Assembly (NCBI GenBank): GCA_011109175.1
Contig: RDEW01000026.1
Location: forward strand, 327,695 to 391,694
Length of the DNA stretch: 64,000 nt
Reading direction: 5' to 3'
Origin: Dicyema japonicum
Lineage: Eukaryota > Animalia > Dicyemida
Notes under the pieces: generated by a model
Database searches by the model: none
Seen by the model: the letters and a program-made list of their open reading frames with translations, nothing else
What the model was told of the DNA's origin: nothing
In this document: in pieces, positions 50,900-62,639 of the stretch
Numbering within the stretch: the first letter of the stretch is position 1
Layout: each line of letters opens with the position of its first letter
Position numbers and translations under genes: made by a program

Positions 50900-52800
50900 G
50901 AGTAATATTGTCTTGTCTTTTGATTTCAGTTTTGTTTACATTTACGCTGAGAAACCATTTCTCAAGCTCTGTTGAAGTGCGGTCGCGTCCCGTGATACGA
51001 AATCCACATCATCCGCATAAGATGTCTTTTCTAATCGTTGTTTTGAAACTGCGGGAAGTTGCTGCTTCTGTCCTCACAGATAGTCTTGTGTTCGCAAGTA
51101 GTAGTCTGATTATCCTAACCGACGATTCATCCAATATTTGCTCAAGCACATTCATCAGTTTCTGTCTGTTTATTAAGTCAAAAGCTCTGGAGAGATCTAT
51201 TCCCAACACGGTCGTTGCGCTCTTGAATCTTTGGTGCGTTGCACAGCGCCATCTATGGCTCCATACAATGTCCGTCGTATACATCCCTTCTCGGAACCCA
51301 CTTTGCCTAGCTGGTAAGTATAGATCCGCCACACCCTTCATCCGGCTCAGTGCAATGTTTGCCAGCACTTTGCGTATCGAGTTCAGGAGTATGATCGGGC
51401 GGAGATTTTCTACTGGTCCTTTTGCTTTGTTCGGTTTTTGTATGGGTATTAATAATCCATTTCCTAGATCAGTATTAGTTTCAACGATGTCATTCAGGAT
51501 TTTGTTTCACTAAGTTTTTCGTGTTGGGTACATTTTAAAAGCTCAGGGCTTATGTTGTCTTGTCCTCCACTCTTGTTATTCTTCAGTGTACTTAGAGGTG
51601 ATTCAACTTCTTCCACTGTGATGGCATTCATTAATGCCCTCGGATCTCCCTGGAAGGGGGGAAATTCCGCATTGTCTGTATTCAGCAGCATTTCAAATTG
51701 AAATGCAATTAATTCGGCTTTTTCTTCCGGGTTACTCACGAATTTTACATCTTTGTCTTTGATGTGAAGGGCGTTTTGTCATTCTTTGTCTGCAGCAGCC
51801 GTAAAGGTGCAAACATCCTTGAATTGTCCTTTAGGCATTCCACATCATTTAATAGAAATGTAATAATGTCTCGTGAATGTTGTCTGTTCATCTTTTTGGT
51901 TTTCCATTTTTGTTCCCTTTGTTGGATTTTAAGCTCTTTTTTATACTCTGATGTTTGCCGCTTTTAGCCTTAGCTCTCTGCAATGCTCTGCCATATCTGG
52001 AACGTTCGGGTGGTGATCCAATTTTAGGGCGTGATGATTTCGAACTCCAAGGCATACATCAGCAGACTTGGAGATTGTCTGCTTTGTTTGACACCATCGA
52101 GTTCGTACTGATGAATCCAGTACGGTTTTCTCCTTGAGAGTCTTGATTTGTTCGTGATATTTTACTAACCACAATTTTTCTGTCTGAAAGTATATATTGG
52201 GCCTTTATCTCGCCTTCTTCGCGGTTTCAATATATTTTTTCCCAGTCAAATGCTTTTTTACAGACAGTTCTGCAATAACGATCGTATGGTCGCTGTCAGT
52301 TGTTGAAACCTGGTAGGAACGTGCATCATTTAGCAAGTGTTTATCAGTTTCGGCAGATAATATAGTCGATTTGATTATATACATTCACGGTCTCCCCAAC
52401 AGAGTTTTTCCTTTGTCAGTGCCACGTTGTCTTGTGGCGAGCTGAGTGAGTGAAGGCTGTGTTGCACAGGAATAGGCTATTTGCCTCGCAGAGGTTCATC
52501 AGAAAGGCTCCCGATGCATTTCTCCTTCCACGCCCGTGTCTTCCAATAGAGGATTCTTCGGCTCCCATTCGTATTCATATCTCCCGGAACAAATACAAGG
52601 GACGAGTTCTGAGTAGAATTCCTCGAGCTCACCAGGGTTCCTGATTACTCGCCCGCAGTGTGGTGCATAGACATTTATGATAGTTGATAGACTCTTGGAA
52701 GGGCATAACTCATTTAGTTTGACTTGTAGGACACATATTCGGTCGTTGACTCTCCAATAGCGATTTAGTTTTTTTCTGAGTGACATTGACTACTTTACCA
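50900..52800 (-). mobile_element. Decayed RTE-like LINE (APE plus RT)
   Basis: INVYAPH..LEEFYSEL, LKNNKSGGQDNISPELLK, QSGFR..TTDIVWSHRW, LGIDLSRAFD. Confidence 0.85.
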
Positions 52801-52819
52801 ATTCTTTGGTTGATATAAT

Positions 52820-53130
52820 AATAAAGCCTTTTCACGAGAGCCATAGTATTTATAGCTCCGCATAGGCAGGACACACACTTTATTTAAGTAAAGAACAGTT
52901 AATTTTAACTAATCGTAAAACCAAGGAATGATCTTCATTTCTTTTTCTTGTGTGAGTGTCCTTTCTAGACAATCCAGTTCCGCAGTGAGTATCCACTGAT
53001 GACGGCGTCACTCGTCAAACCCTTTCTGCATCGTAGATGCGTGGAACCTTCCACCAGGTGAACAGAGGCGATATTCGAACCCGTAGCCTAAGCCAATTAA
53101 GCCCGACACCTAACCACTATGCCACCCGGC
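52820..53130 (-). mobile_element. Putative tRNA-derived SINE
   Basis: The minus strand starts GCCGGG-TGGCATAGTGG (A box) and has GGTTCGAAT (B box) about 33 nt later, with no acceptor stem. Body segments resemble 1585-1630 and 59855-59905. Confidence 0.5.
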
Positions 53131-53178
53131 TATATTTTTAATTTAACCCATTTTTAATTTTTATTTAAAATAATATTA

Positions 53179-53916
53179 TTATCCAAATATTCTAATTTTG
53201 ATGATAAATAATATCGAAGAAAAGAAAAGAACAAAAGCGAGGACAAAAAGCACATTCATGGTCTTCTCTCTGTGGACAAACTTATACACCATTTTGCCGG
53301 CTAACGACGCTTTCCCACTGATTTGTTCCAATATGCTGACATTTCGGTTTATAAGATCAGAAGTACAACTCAATATTTGATTAATTTGATCACTCTGTTC
53401 TATTCTATTCATAATCAATGATTTCAGTGTATTCATATTCCCGGCGATCTTGACTGATGGATTCTCTTGACTGACCTCATTTAGTCTACATTTTTGTAAT
53501 ATTTACTTTCTCATTCTAACCTGCTCTACCACATTCACCAATCTTGGTTGTCCCGACGAATATGAGAGATTGGCCTTCCTTAATTTACCTGTAATCCTAA
53601 TATAACCATGACATGTACATATTCAGTGAATTTGAGAATATATCCAACCTTTCAACAACATCATTGCTGGGACTCACTGCAATGTGGGAGGGAAGTGTGT
53701 TTTTCAATCCCTTTGTCGTTATAATATTTACTTTTAAAATTTCCTTGCTGGAATTAATCATTTTAGTGGCCTTAATGTTTAAATCAGTGAATTCGTCATT
53801 ATCAAGATTTTCATTACTAATTTTCTTATTTTAATTATTTTACGAACTTCTATTATGATTTGTACGTCAATTTCGTTCTTTAATAGTTCCTTAAAGTACA
53901 TATTCCTTTGACCCAT
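53179..53916 (-). CDS. BNIP1: BNIP1/Sec20 ER Qb-SNARE, about 216 aa, 5 exons; introns 53825-53847, 53711-53731 (in-frame, uncertain), 53597-53618, 53486-53506
   Basis: Spliced frame is open. LRKANL motif; C-terminus GKMVYKFVHREKTMNVLFVLAFVLFFSSILFIIKIRIFG matches recalled BNIP1 RKLITKYNRRELTDKLLIFLALALFLATVLYIVKKRLF. Confidence 0.82.
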
Positions 53917-56659
53917 TTCACTAAATACTTCTCTATTTAAATTTTATTTATGAATTTATTAATAAAATATAACAAAATTAATATTTAAATATGATCAGAA
54001 GATTTCCGCATTAAAGTTATAAATTAATAAATTAAATTAAATATAAACAAAATTCCTCTCTCATAAAAAATGGTTCCATGTGGCTACCTGAGTGAAGACA
54101 TCTCTTTCTTTCCATGGTGACGTTATAGGATCCACCATATTCAGGAGACACCCAAATTTTGGCCGAAATTCAAAAGGATCCATCTACTCATTCCACCCGG
54201 AAATAATTTCGCTCCCAGAAGACGAGTTTAGGAATTTACTTCAGCTCCCCCGACAAAGCCCTCTGGATCACTGTAGTTTGGTGAGGGTTCTGCTGGAACG
54301 CGTCAGGATCAAGGAATTAGTTAGCTTGGTCTTTGGAATAATTTAATGTTTCCTGTCTACAGACGTAAATTAAATGATTTAAAAGATGTCCTCTGTTTCT
54401 TATGCAACCTCTCCGAGTAGACAGTACAACACACTTTGAATGTCCTGAATTAGTACACTCTTCGTCTGCCAAGACTGACCGGCCTTTGCTGCGTCCTACT
54501 TAATAGCCGCTGATCTCCTACAAGTTATTGAACCCAGGGTTACTTAAATAACTAAGGATTGGGGTCCACACCTAGACCCTTCCTCCTTTTTAAGTTTCCT
54601 CAAAATAGCCGCCTCGCTACTTCTTCGTCTTAAAGTATGGAGTGAAAATGTCGTTGTGGACGTATGAAGATCCATATGACTACCACCCACTATCGTGGAA
54701 GTTTAGCGCGGGCCGGTCCCCAAGGCATATCTCTCTCAACGTGACGTTGAAAAACGCACATTCCTCTGCTGGCCAGCACTGTATTTGGAGTCGACTAGTC
54801 TCACCCGAATTGCTTTAAAAAGACTGAGGCACTAAAATGTCTTGATTAATTTGCTAATGAAGATAATTTGTAAGACCCTGTTTTGAATGAGTATCGAAAG
54901 AACACTTCAAATATTTTCTTATGTTGTGCCGCAACGAGAGGCACCTCTTCTTCCATAAGGTGGGAGTCATCGGATCTCTTGAGCATAATCTTGTTCGTGA
55001 TTGACTCCTGGCATTACATCTTTGGTATACCTTCCAGAATAATGCTTGGGCTTATTTAGCATTCTAATGAGAATTCAACTTACTCTCATTTTAGTCTCTA
55101 AGCTTTCTATCAACTTCTTTAGCAGATTTTTGACTTTGTAAGACAGACCAGTCATGTGGATTTACGTTTCTTATTATTTTAGTCCCTAGATTTTTTTATT
55201 ACAATCTTCTTGAAATGCCAGGGAATTGAAATCATTGTTTCTTGGTATATGATTAGATCTACTATTAGTTTATCGCTTGATAGATTTCCAGAGAGTTTCG
55301 GGCTCAACATGACCTAACACTAATTCCTTGGCAATGAAAATTCGACAGTGGTCCCAATTTAGGTTCCACGTGTCGTAACCACCAAAAACTTTAGGTTCAT
55401 AACTGTCTTCAGATTCACGTGTAATGTCAGCGGAATGTAGCCGATGTCAATATAAGAGCAATCAATGCGCATGTACATTCCATAATAGCATGGGAGATTT
55501 GGAAAGCCCGCAGCATCTATACCTGAAAAAAAAGAAATGTTTGTCTTCTTCAAATGGTGGAATCTCAAATCAAACATCTTCACAAAAGAACTCTGAAATC
55601 TCTTTTGTAAATTCTTCCCGAGATTTCGAATACAGACCGCCGATGGCCACCTAATTCCGGCCATAATTCACAAAAAAAACCGACGCATTGTCATCTTGCT
55701 TTTCTTTTGGTAATAAAATCCGTCAAACGAAAATCGTAGGTGAAATATAGGCCAATTGGTTGTTTCTTCGCTCTGGCAATACTCCATAGGTTCAATTCCA
55801 TTATTTAATCAAGTCTATTCCTTTCCTCCATATTCCTCTTCACTTGTTCAACTAGTGTCGTCATGTGATTAACCTGACGAATGAAAGTGCTTTGAAAATA
55901 AAGAGATCAAGCAGATTATTTTCGGGTTTATGACGATGTGAAGGGCAGTGTTATTTAGAAGCAGATTTGGTTCTAGATTTTGGGAACAGTTACTCTGGGC
56001 AATCTCGTAGCTATTACAAGCAAATTTCAGAGGATTCGCTGAAGAGATCAAGCAGATTATTTTCGGGTTTATGACGATGTGAAGGGCAGTGTTATTTAGA
56101 AGCAGATTTGGTTCTAGATTTTGGGAACAGTTACTCTGGGCAATCTCGTAGCTATTACAAGCAAATTTCAGAGGATTCGCTGAAGAGGGGAAGTTTGGTT
56201 TATTGGCTACAATCGTAGAGAGTATTCTCCAAGAACATGTGATCTGCAATCTATAGATCAATAATCAGTGCGTTCTGACATAAATCTTTGTGCAACTTAA
56301 TATTAATAAAATAAAAATTAACATGAAATCCAGGATTTATTATTGAATTACCGAGAAATTATAATTATTGGTTAGTGTGGGGACCTAAATTAAATATTTT
56401 ATCAATTAAGTGAACTATCAATGACTGAACGCCGATAAGGGAGACAAAGATTCCAAAAAATATTCTGACTAACATCTTTTTTTTGAATTCAACGTTCTAA
56501 AATCAATCTTAAATTAACCTTTTTTGAACCTTCTTTATTTAAAGTTGTAGACTTTCTGGTGAACTTTGATTTGTCATACTTATAATGTGACGAAGCATGA
56601 AAAAAATAATTGCATTTCCATTAACAAATCCAGGTTATCTTTAATAATTGACAAAACAA

Positions 56660-56850
56660 AGCTAGACTCACATAATACGAATTGAAGTTCATTTCGATTA
56701 GAAATAGCTCTCCACTAACCAGTACGTCTCCATGACTACTGCATTAGGATTATCAGAGTCTAGCACACTTTCTTTGGGTGATTCCCAATTTATATAATCC
56801 ATTCCGATGGGAGCATTAATAAATACGTTTTGGTGTATATGTGCTGAGAT
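56660..56850 (-). pseudogene. C-type-lectin-like domain C-terminal fragment
   Basis: DYINWESP..NAVVM, frameshift, then TG*WRAISNRNELQFVLCE; same pattern as 61530-61660. Confidence 0.45.
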
Positions 56851-57214
56851 TATTTTTAATGATAAAACCAAGAATATCAGGCAAGCTATCAATTAGCTTA
56901 ATTTGTTTTTTCGCGAAAGTGTTTGAACGTATGATTTTCAAAAGGCTATAAGAGAATGACTTTCTGAGTTCGGAGCAGTGTTTCGTCCTAGAAGAGGCTG
57001 TGCAGAGTGCTTCTTTCTACTGAATTCTGAAATCACGAAAGCAAGGGGGTTCCAAGAAGCAAATAAACTGATTATGTCTTGATATTTTGAAAGCATTCGA
57101 CAGTGTATGAAGCGTTGTTAAAGCATCTTGTATCAGCATGTGTTCAAAGATACCTATTTGTTTGGCTAAGAAGTTATCTTCAGGAAAAACAATCTTCAGG
57201 AAGACAATCAAGTG

Positions 57215-57600
57215 AATATACCTGTTCTGCCTGGAGATTCGTCATTCCTTCTACGAGGGTGGAGCGGTGAATTCTCTCAGACGGAAGATCATGAGGCACA
57301 TACAATCAGACTCCACATCCGTCCCCAATCTGATTTCAGAGGAGGCAACGGTGAGAAATGGCCTGGGCTTCCTACGTATGTGTAATGAGCTAGGAAACCC
57401 ATTCAGAGAGAGTTCATGCGGAGGAATTCAGATCGGCATTAAAAAAAAGTGCACTCCGATAGAATTCTTCTGCAGAAATGACAGAAGACACTTCAGAAAC
57501 GCTGTTGGTTCACTGGCGGAGCATTCGAAGAGAATTCGAGAGATGTTGAAGGCTGGGATCACTTAATTTATCAAGTTAATTTTTTCTTTCTTGGTGGTCT
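57215..57600 (+). mobile_element. 3' end of the LINE family seen at 10950-11320 and 29370-29750
   Basis: MNSLRRKIMRHIQSDSTS...REMLKAGIT*. Confidence 0.8.
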
Positions 57601-60344
57601 CGGAGTTTGTTGCCCTAGTTATCATAATGTAATCTTCACCAAAGGATTTGGTCAGGGGTGGATAGGAAGATGCCTTTCAAAAATTGTGTCGTGCCAGAAG
57701 GACTCGTCGCCTCACGGATGGGATCTGTTTGACAAGAATTGACCTTCGCTGAAAACTCCATCTTTCGGATTCACGACCTTCAGATCGATTAGTTTACTCA
57801 GAAGGCCATACCTCAAGAAGTCCAGTAGATATTTAATTTTAAGTCCAGTAGTCCAGTAGAACAGAGTGCAACATTTTTTTAATTTTTATTAAATAATACA
57901 GAAATCAATCAAAAAAAACCACTCCAACATAATCGAGGTTGCATTGTCTCTCACGATTACAACAGAGATCAAATAGAGGAGCCACCGACTTTAGTGTAGC
58001 CAGGCGCAGATTCTTAGGAAACGAAGCGTTTTCCCGCTTATTCATCTGGTTGTCTCAACGACTATAGGGCGAAACGTGAACCTTTCATGCATCACTTGAT
58101 TAATTTTTAAATGGAGACGTTATTGCCATCAAATTCCTGCTGTTCCAGTCTCTTTGGACTAATTTGATCAACTTATACATTTCATCGAAAGGATCCTGCC
58201 CAAAATCCTACACCCAATCTCACTCGCCTCTCAACACTAAAGAACGTTCGGCGACATAGATGCCAGGCACCCCGTTTGGCTTGCTTCACATTCCTCTGAC
58301 AGTAGAAGCGAGTTCATCTAAAATAGTCTTATTATATGATTATTCTGAATGACCCTTTATCACTCACAAGAACCCCATCAAGGAGCACTGATACCTGTAC
58401 TCCTCCCAATTAACCTTATGTTTCCCCTTTTTATCAGGAATTGCTATAAATTATGGTTTTTCCAGCGACCACAACCCCATCCTTCTTATGTTAAGAGGAT
58501 TTTGAAGATGCCGGATATTGCAGACTGAAGTGAAAAGATTCGAGAACTATAGGAAGGTTGATTGGTCTGGTCGGTGGACTCAGAAAATCATCAGAGAACT
58601 AAGTAAAAGCATCAAACCCACTTGGCCTGTCCATTTCCAAAGCAAAATAAAGTTGATTGGCTAAGAAGTTCTCTTCCCTAATCGGATTCCTCTGCAGGGA
58701 TGAAAGAAGTCTCTTTCACGCGGTAGTGGGAACAATGGGAGACCACAGACGTTAGATGGCTAGAGTGATCGCGAGTACTGGAATTATCTAACTGTCTGAC
58801 GTTTTTCTGTCTTTCTTTCTCGGTGACCCGGGGGTTCAAAATAAATTTGTGAGAATCCAATCCCTGTTAAAAAGTACAACCCCCACTCTTCGCATAGTCT
58901 TTTCTTAATCNAGCAAAATAAAGTTGATTGGTTAAGAAGTTCTCCTCCCCAATCGGATTCCTCTGCAGGGATGAAAGAAGTCTCTTTCACGCGGTAGTGG
59001 GAACAATGGGAGACCACAGACGTTGGATGGCTAGAGTGATCGCGAGTACTGGAATTATCTAACTGTCTGACGTTTTTCTGTCTTTCTTTCTCGGTGACCC
59101 CGGGGTTCAAAATAAATTTGTGAGAATCCAATCCCTGTTAAAAAGTACAACCCCCACTCTTCGCATAGTCTTTTCTTAATCGAATTTGCTAAGCGTTTTG
59201 TCAAAACATCACGACACTTTCTGTAAAAAAGATCCCCTCTTCTACTATCTCCACTATCTTTCAAAGATGGCTTACTCGGTTCCTCTCTGAGGAATCAGCC
59301 GAACTATCTTATCTTCATCTTCCAAATAAAGTGTTTCGATCTTAGATACTCTCTCCCACTTTTTAATCAATACCTTATCGATCTCAACTACTCCGAAGGT
59401 TAGGTGACAACGTGGTAGTTGCTTCATGGCATAAACTTGTTTCCATAGTGCTCGGATTCCTTTGTCATATTCTGTTTCAGGCATAAGGGATTTAACGTCC
59501 TCCACGATCACGTCATCACTCGTGCGATTCGTTCACCAAATCAATTCATTCACTGATTCCTGGTGATTATTTTATTCACTTGATTTCCTCAGATCTTAAG
59601 AACGTAATAGTCGTGATTTACTGTCCTTTCCGTGATTTCTGACTGAGAGTATTCTTGATAGCTGCCTCTGAGCAAAGCGGATTACATTGCTAGGTTGTCC
59701 AAAACATTAGGAAACCACCTCGGTTCATTGAAGCAAGTGACTTCTTGAGGGGTAAACAATATAGCGTCTGGTGAACACGTATGGATCGTTCAAAATAATA
59801 GGGGACGAATAATTTACGTTTTGCATGAATGTGTAAGTCCTTTAACAGTATTTTTATGAGAGCCATAATATTTATAGTTCTTGATAGGCAAGACACACCT
59901 TTTTCTCACATTATCAAAAATAAGCACCAGACTCGGATGTTTCTCACTAAGGTGGATCTGATGACGCCAATAAAAAAAAGAAAGAGATATTTAATTGAAT
60001 AGCCATGTGGCACCACATTGCGCCATATGGGGCGTCCGAATTCTTTGTCCAGAATTCAGCATGGAAATTGATTCAGAAATAAGAACACAAATTAACATCT
60101 CTATGAAACTCATAATTTATTAAAAATAACAGCAAAAAATAAATCTTAACCTGACTTTTATTGAATCATCTGAGCAAGACCTCGAATAGCTCATTAAATC
60201 GACTAAACTTGCTTGATAGTGTCAAACGACATTATAAGTCAAGTCAATGTGAGTTCCACTCATAGTTAGTGGTAGTCCTCAATACCCACCATCAATTTAG
60301 TTGAAATTATAAAAAAATAGAATTTATGTCAATTTTATGTATTT

Positions 60345-61700
60345 ATGGAATTCCATCAAATCCTATTTATTGTCCGAATAAGCTTGATTCAATCAAATCA
60401 GATGCTACATCTATATTTGTTCGTTTGGGATTCCTTAACGTCCAGAATAAGTAATCGTATATCCAATTTTATAGACTATCTGGAAATGGTTGGGAACTAT
60501 AACAACCACGGGTACAGATTTCTTGCTGGAAAAGTAACTCCAGACAAATAAAGTTTTTATGCACTGAGCCCTATTACGTGGTTATTATCGACGATAAGAA
60601 GGAAATTGAGGTTCTATCAGGTAATGTGTCTNGTATTTATGGAATTCCATCAAATCCTATTTATTGTCCGAATAAGCTTGATTCAATCAAATCAGATGCT
60701 ACATCTATATTTGTTCGTTTGGGATGCCTTAACGTCCAGAAATAGTAATCGTTTATCCAATCTTATAGACTATCTGGAAATGGTTGGGAACTATAACAAC
60801 CACGGGTACCAATTTCTTGCTGGAAAAGCAACTCCAGACGAATAAAGTTTTTATGCACTGAGCCCTATTACGTGGTTATTATCGACGATAAGGCGGAAAT
60901 TGAGGTTCTATCAGGTAATGTGTCTACCACCAAAATAGATATGTTAAAGGAAGACTATTGATAAACGGGAATATTCAATGGTCTCAAAATAGAACGAAAT
61001 TTACGTTGCTTAATGGAAGTGCCATGGTTAAAATTTTGTTATTGAACAGCCTTATTCTGATTTATCGACCACCAAGACAAGATTTATGAAATACATAAGT
61101 ATAGAGCACTGCTCTTCAAAAATGATAGCTCAGAGATTCTCCATGAAATTCAAAGTAATTTGCGAAAAAGGTTTGAAATTTGATTATTTTAAAATCAACC
61201 TATCTACGGAGCTAAAATAATGACTTCCATTCACCATGGAGACGTAAAACCCAGGAAAAATATTTCCCCAATGGGTGTTTTGAACAACCTCACATACTAT
61301 GCCAATGGTGGACATGGATATATATATCACTCGAATTACAATGAAAGGGAAGATATCAGTTCACTGTGCGATCAACACAATTCATATCTCGCTAAGATTG
61401 AAAGTCAATCAGAAAATGACTTTATATTCAGTATTTCGTTATGTTTTAGTTGTAAGGTATTGTCACAGAAAATACATTCATTGATACGACTTTTGATCAA
61501 AATTCCGTATCTCCCTAATATTTTATTAAAGGCTTACAGAAACTGGGAAGTTGAGTCAGTCATCGATCAAACTTCTAATTATGGAATTATACGATATTGT
61601 GACGGAAAGTGGATTGAATCTAGTTACTTGTATGAAGAACATGTATTATGTGAGATGGGTACCCTAAGACTATATAATTGTAGACAATCTCTTAGAATTG
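60345..61700 (+). pseudogene. Degenerate gene with two C-type-lectin-like domains
   Basis: Domain 1: NNHGYQFLAGKATPDE/IKFLCTEPYYVVIIDDKAEIEVLS...KFKVICEK. Domain 2: GHGYIY..SLCDQHNSYLAKIESQSENDFI..YRNW..DGKWIES..HVLCE. Stops and frameshifts are present. Confidence 0.62.
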
Positions 61701-62639
61701 TCTAAAATATTTCCAAATTATGATTTTTCGAGAATTTATATTTAGACCAACAAAGTATAGTTACCACCAATAAACCGGCAAATCCAAATATCCATAGTGG
61801 GATCACTTCCATTATAAGCTCACCAGCCACCAAAGCGGAACAAAATGATTCCACCAAAAAACTTCAACATTCAACAATTGAAGGTAAAGGAATTTCGAAT
61901 ACCCAATTCACTTTCATCCACAATTCACAAAAAACCAAAAAGTATGTTTCATGTTCATTTAGCACAGGAGGATGCTATTAGTCAAACTATTTTTTGGAAT
62001 CATTTTTACCAGTTTTATCTTCCAGACCTTCATGATTTACTTGCTATATCTGTACTCGAACAAATGTTTACCTCCTCAGGATTAACTTGTCACCTCTCGG
62101 ATAACTCATTCGATATTCTTTGCTGATTTCCTTTGTTTAAATTATCATGTAAACTGCGGTGGTGGAAAACTGATCTAAGGTTATTACGTGGAATAAGGGC
62201 ACTCAAATGTACTTAGAATTAATCCTTCAATATTGTGAGACATTATTTTTATATAACCTCTCAAATTAAGACATTGAATTATAAAATGACAATCAAGCAA
62301 TGTGCGTTGCTATTGTCTTCAAAAACGAAAAATTTTTCCTCCCATTCGCGGTTAAATGCACGATTTTCTTGAATAATCTTTCCAATTCTTTTAACACGTT
62401 TTTTAAAGTGGATTGATTCAGGTTACTCTTATTTATAAAAAAACGACACTTTATTTTTATAAGGTCCGGTCCACCAATTCAAAAGGATTTGGAAACGCCC
62501 AGGAGCACCTAGTGCCCGCCTAAAAAGGACCGATAGACCCCATCCTCCTGGGGTCATTTTCGTCCCCGGGCACGAAGGAAGAACACCGGGAAAAGATGAG
62601 GTCTCTGTTAGAATACATCGGAATCACGTGATAATTAGT

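Noticed and set aside
58640-60925. 271-bp and ~294-bp tandem duplications
   Set aside because: Each junction is a single N (58911, 60632), typical of overlapping contig ends joined by a scaffolder.
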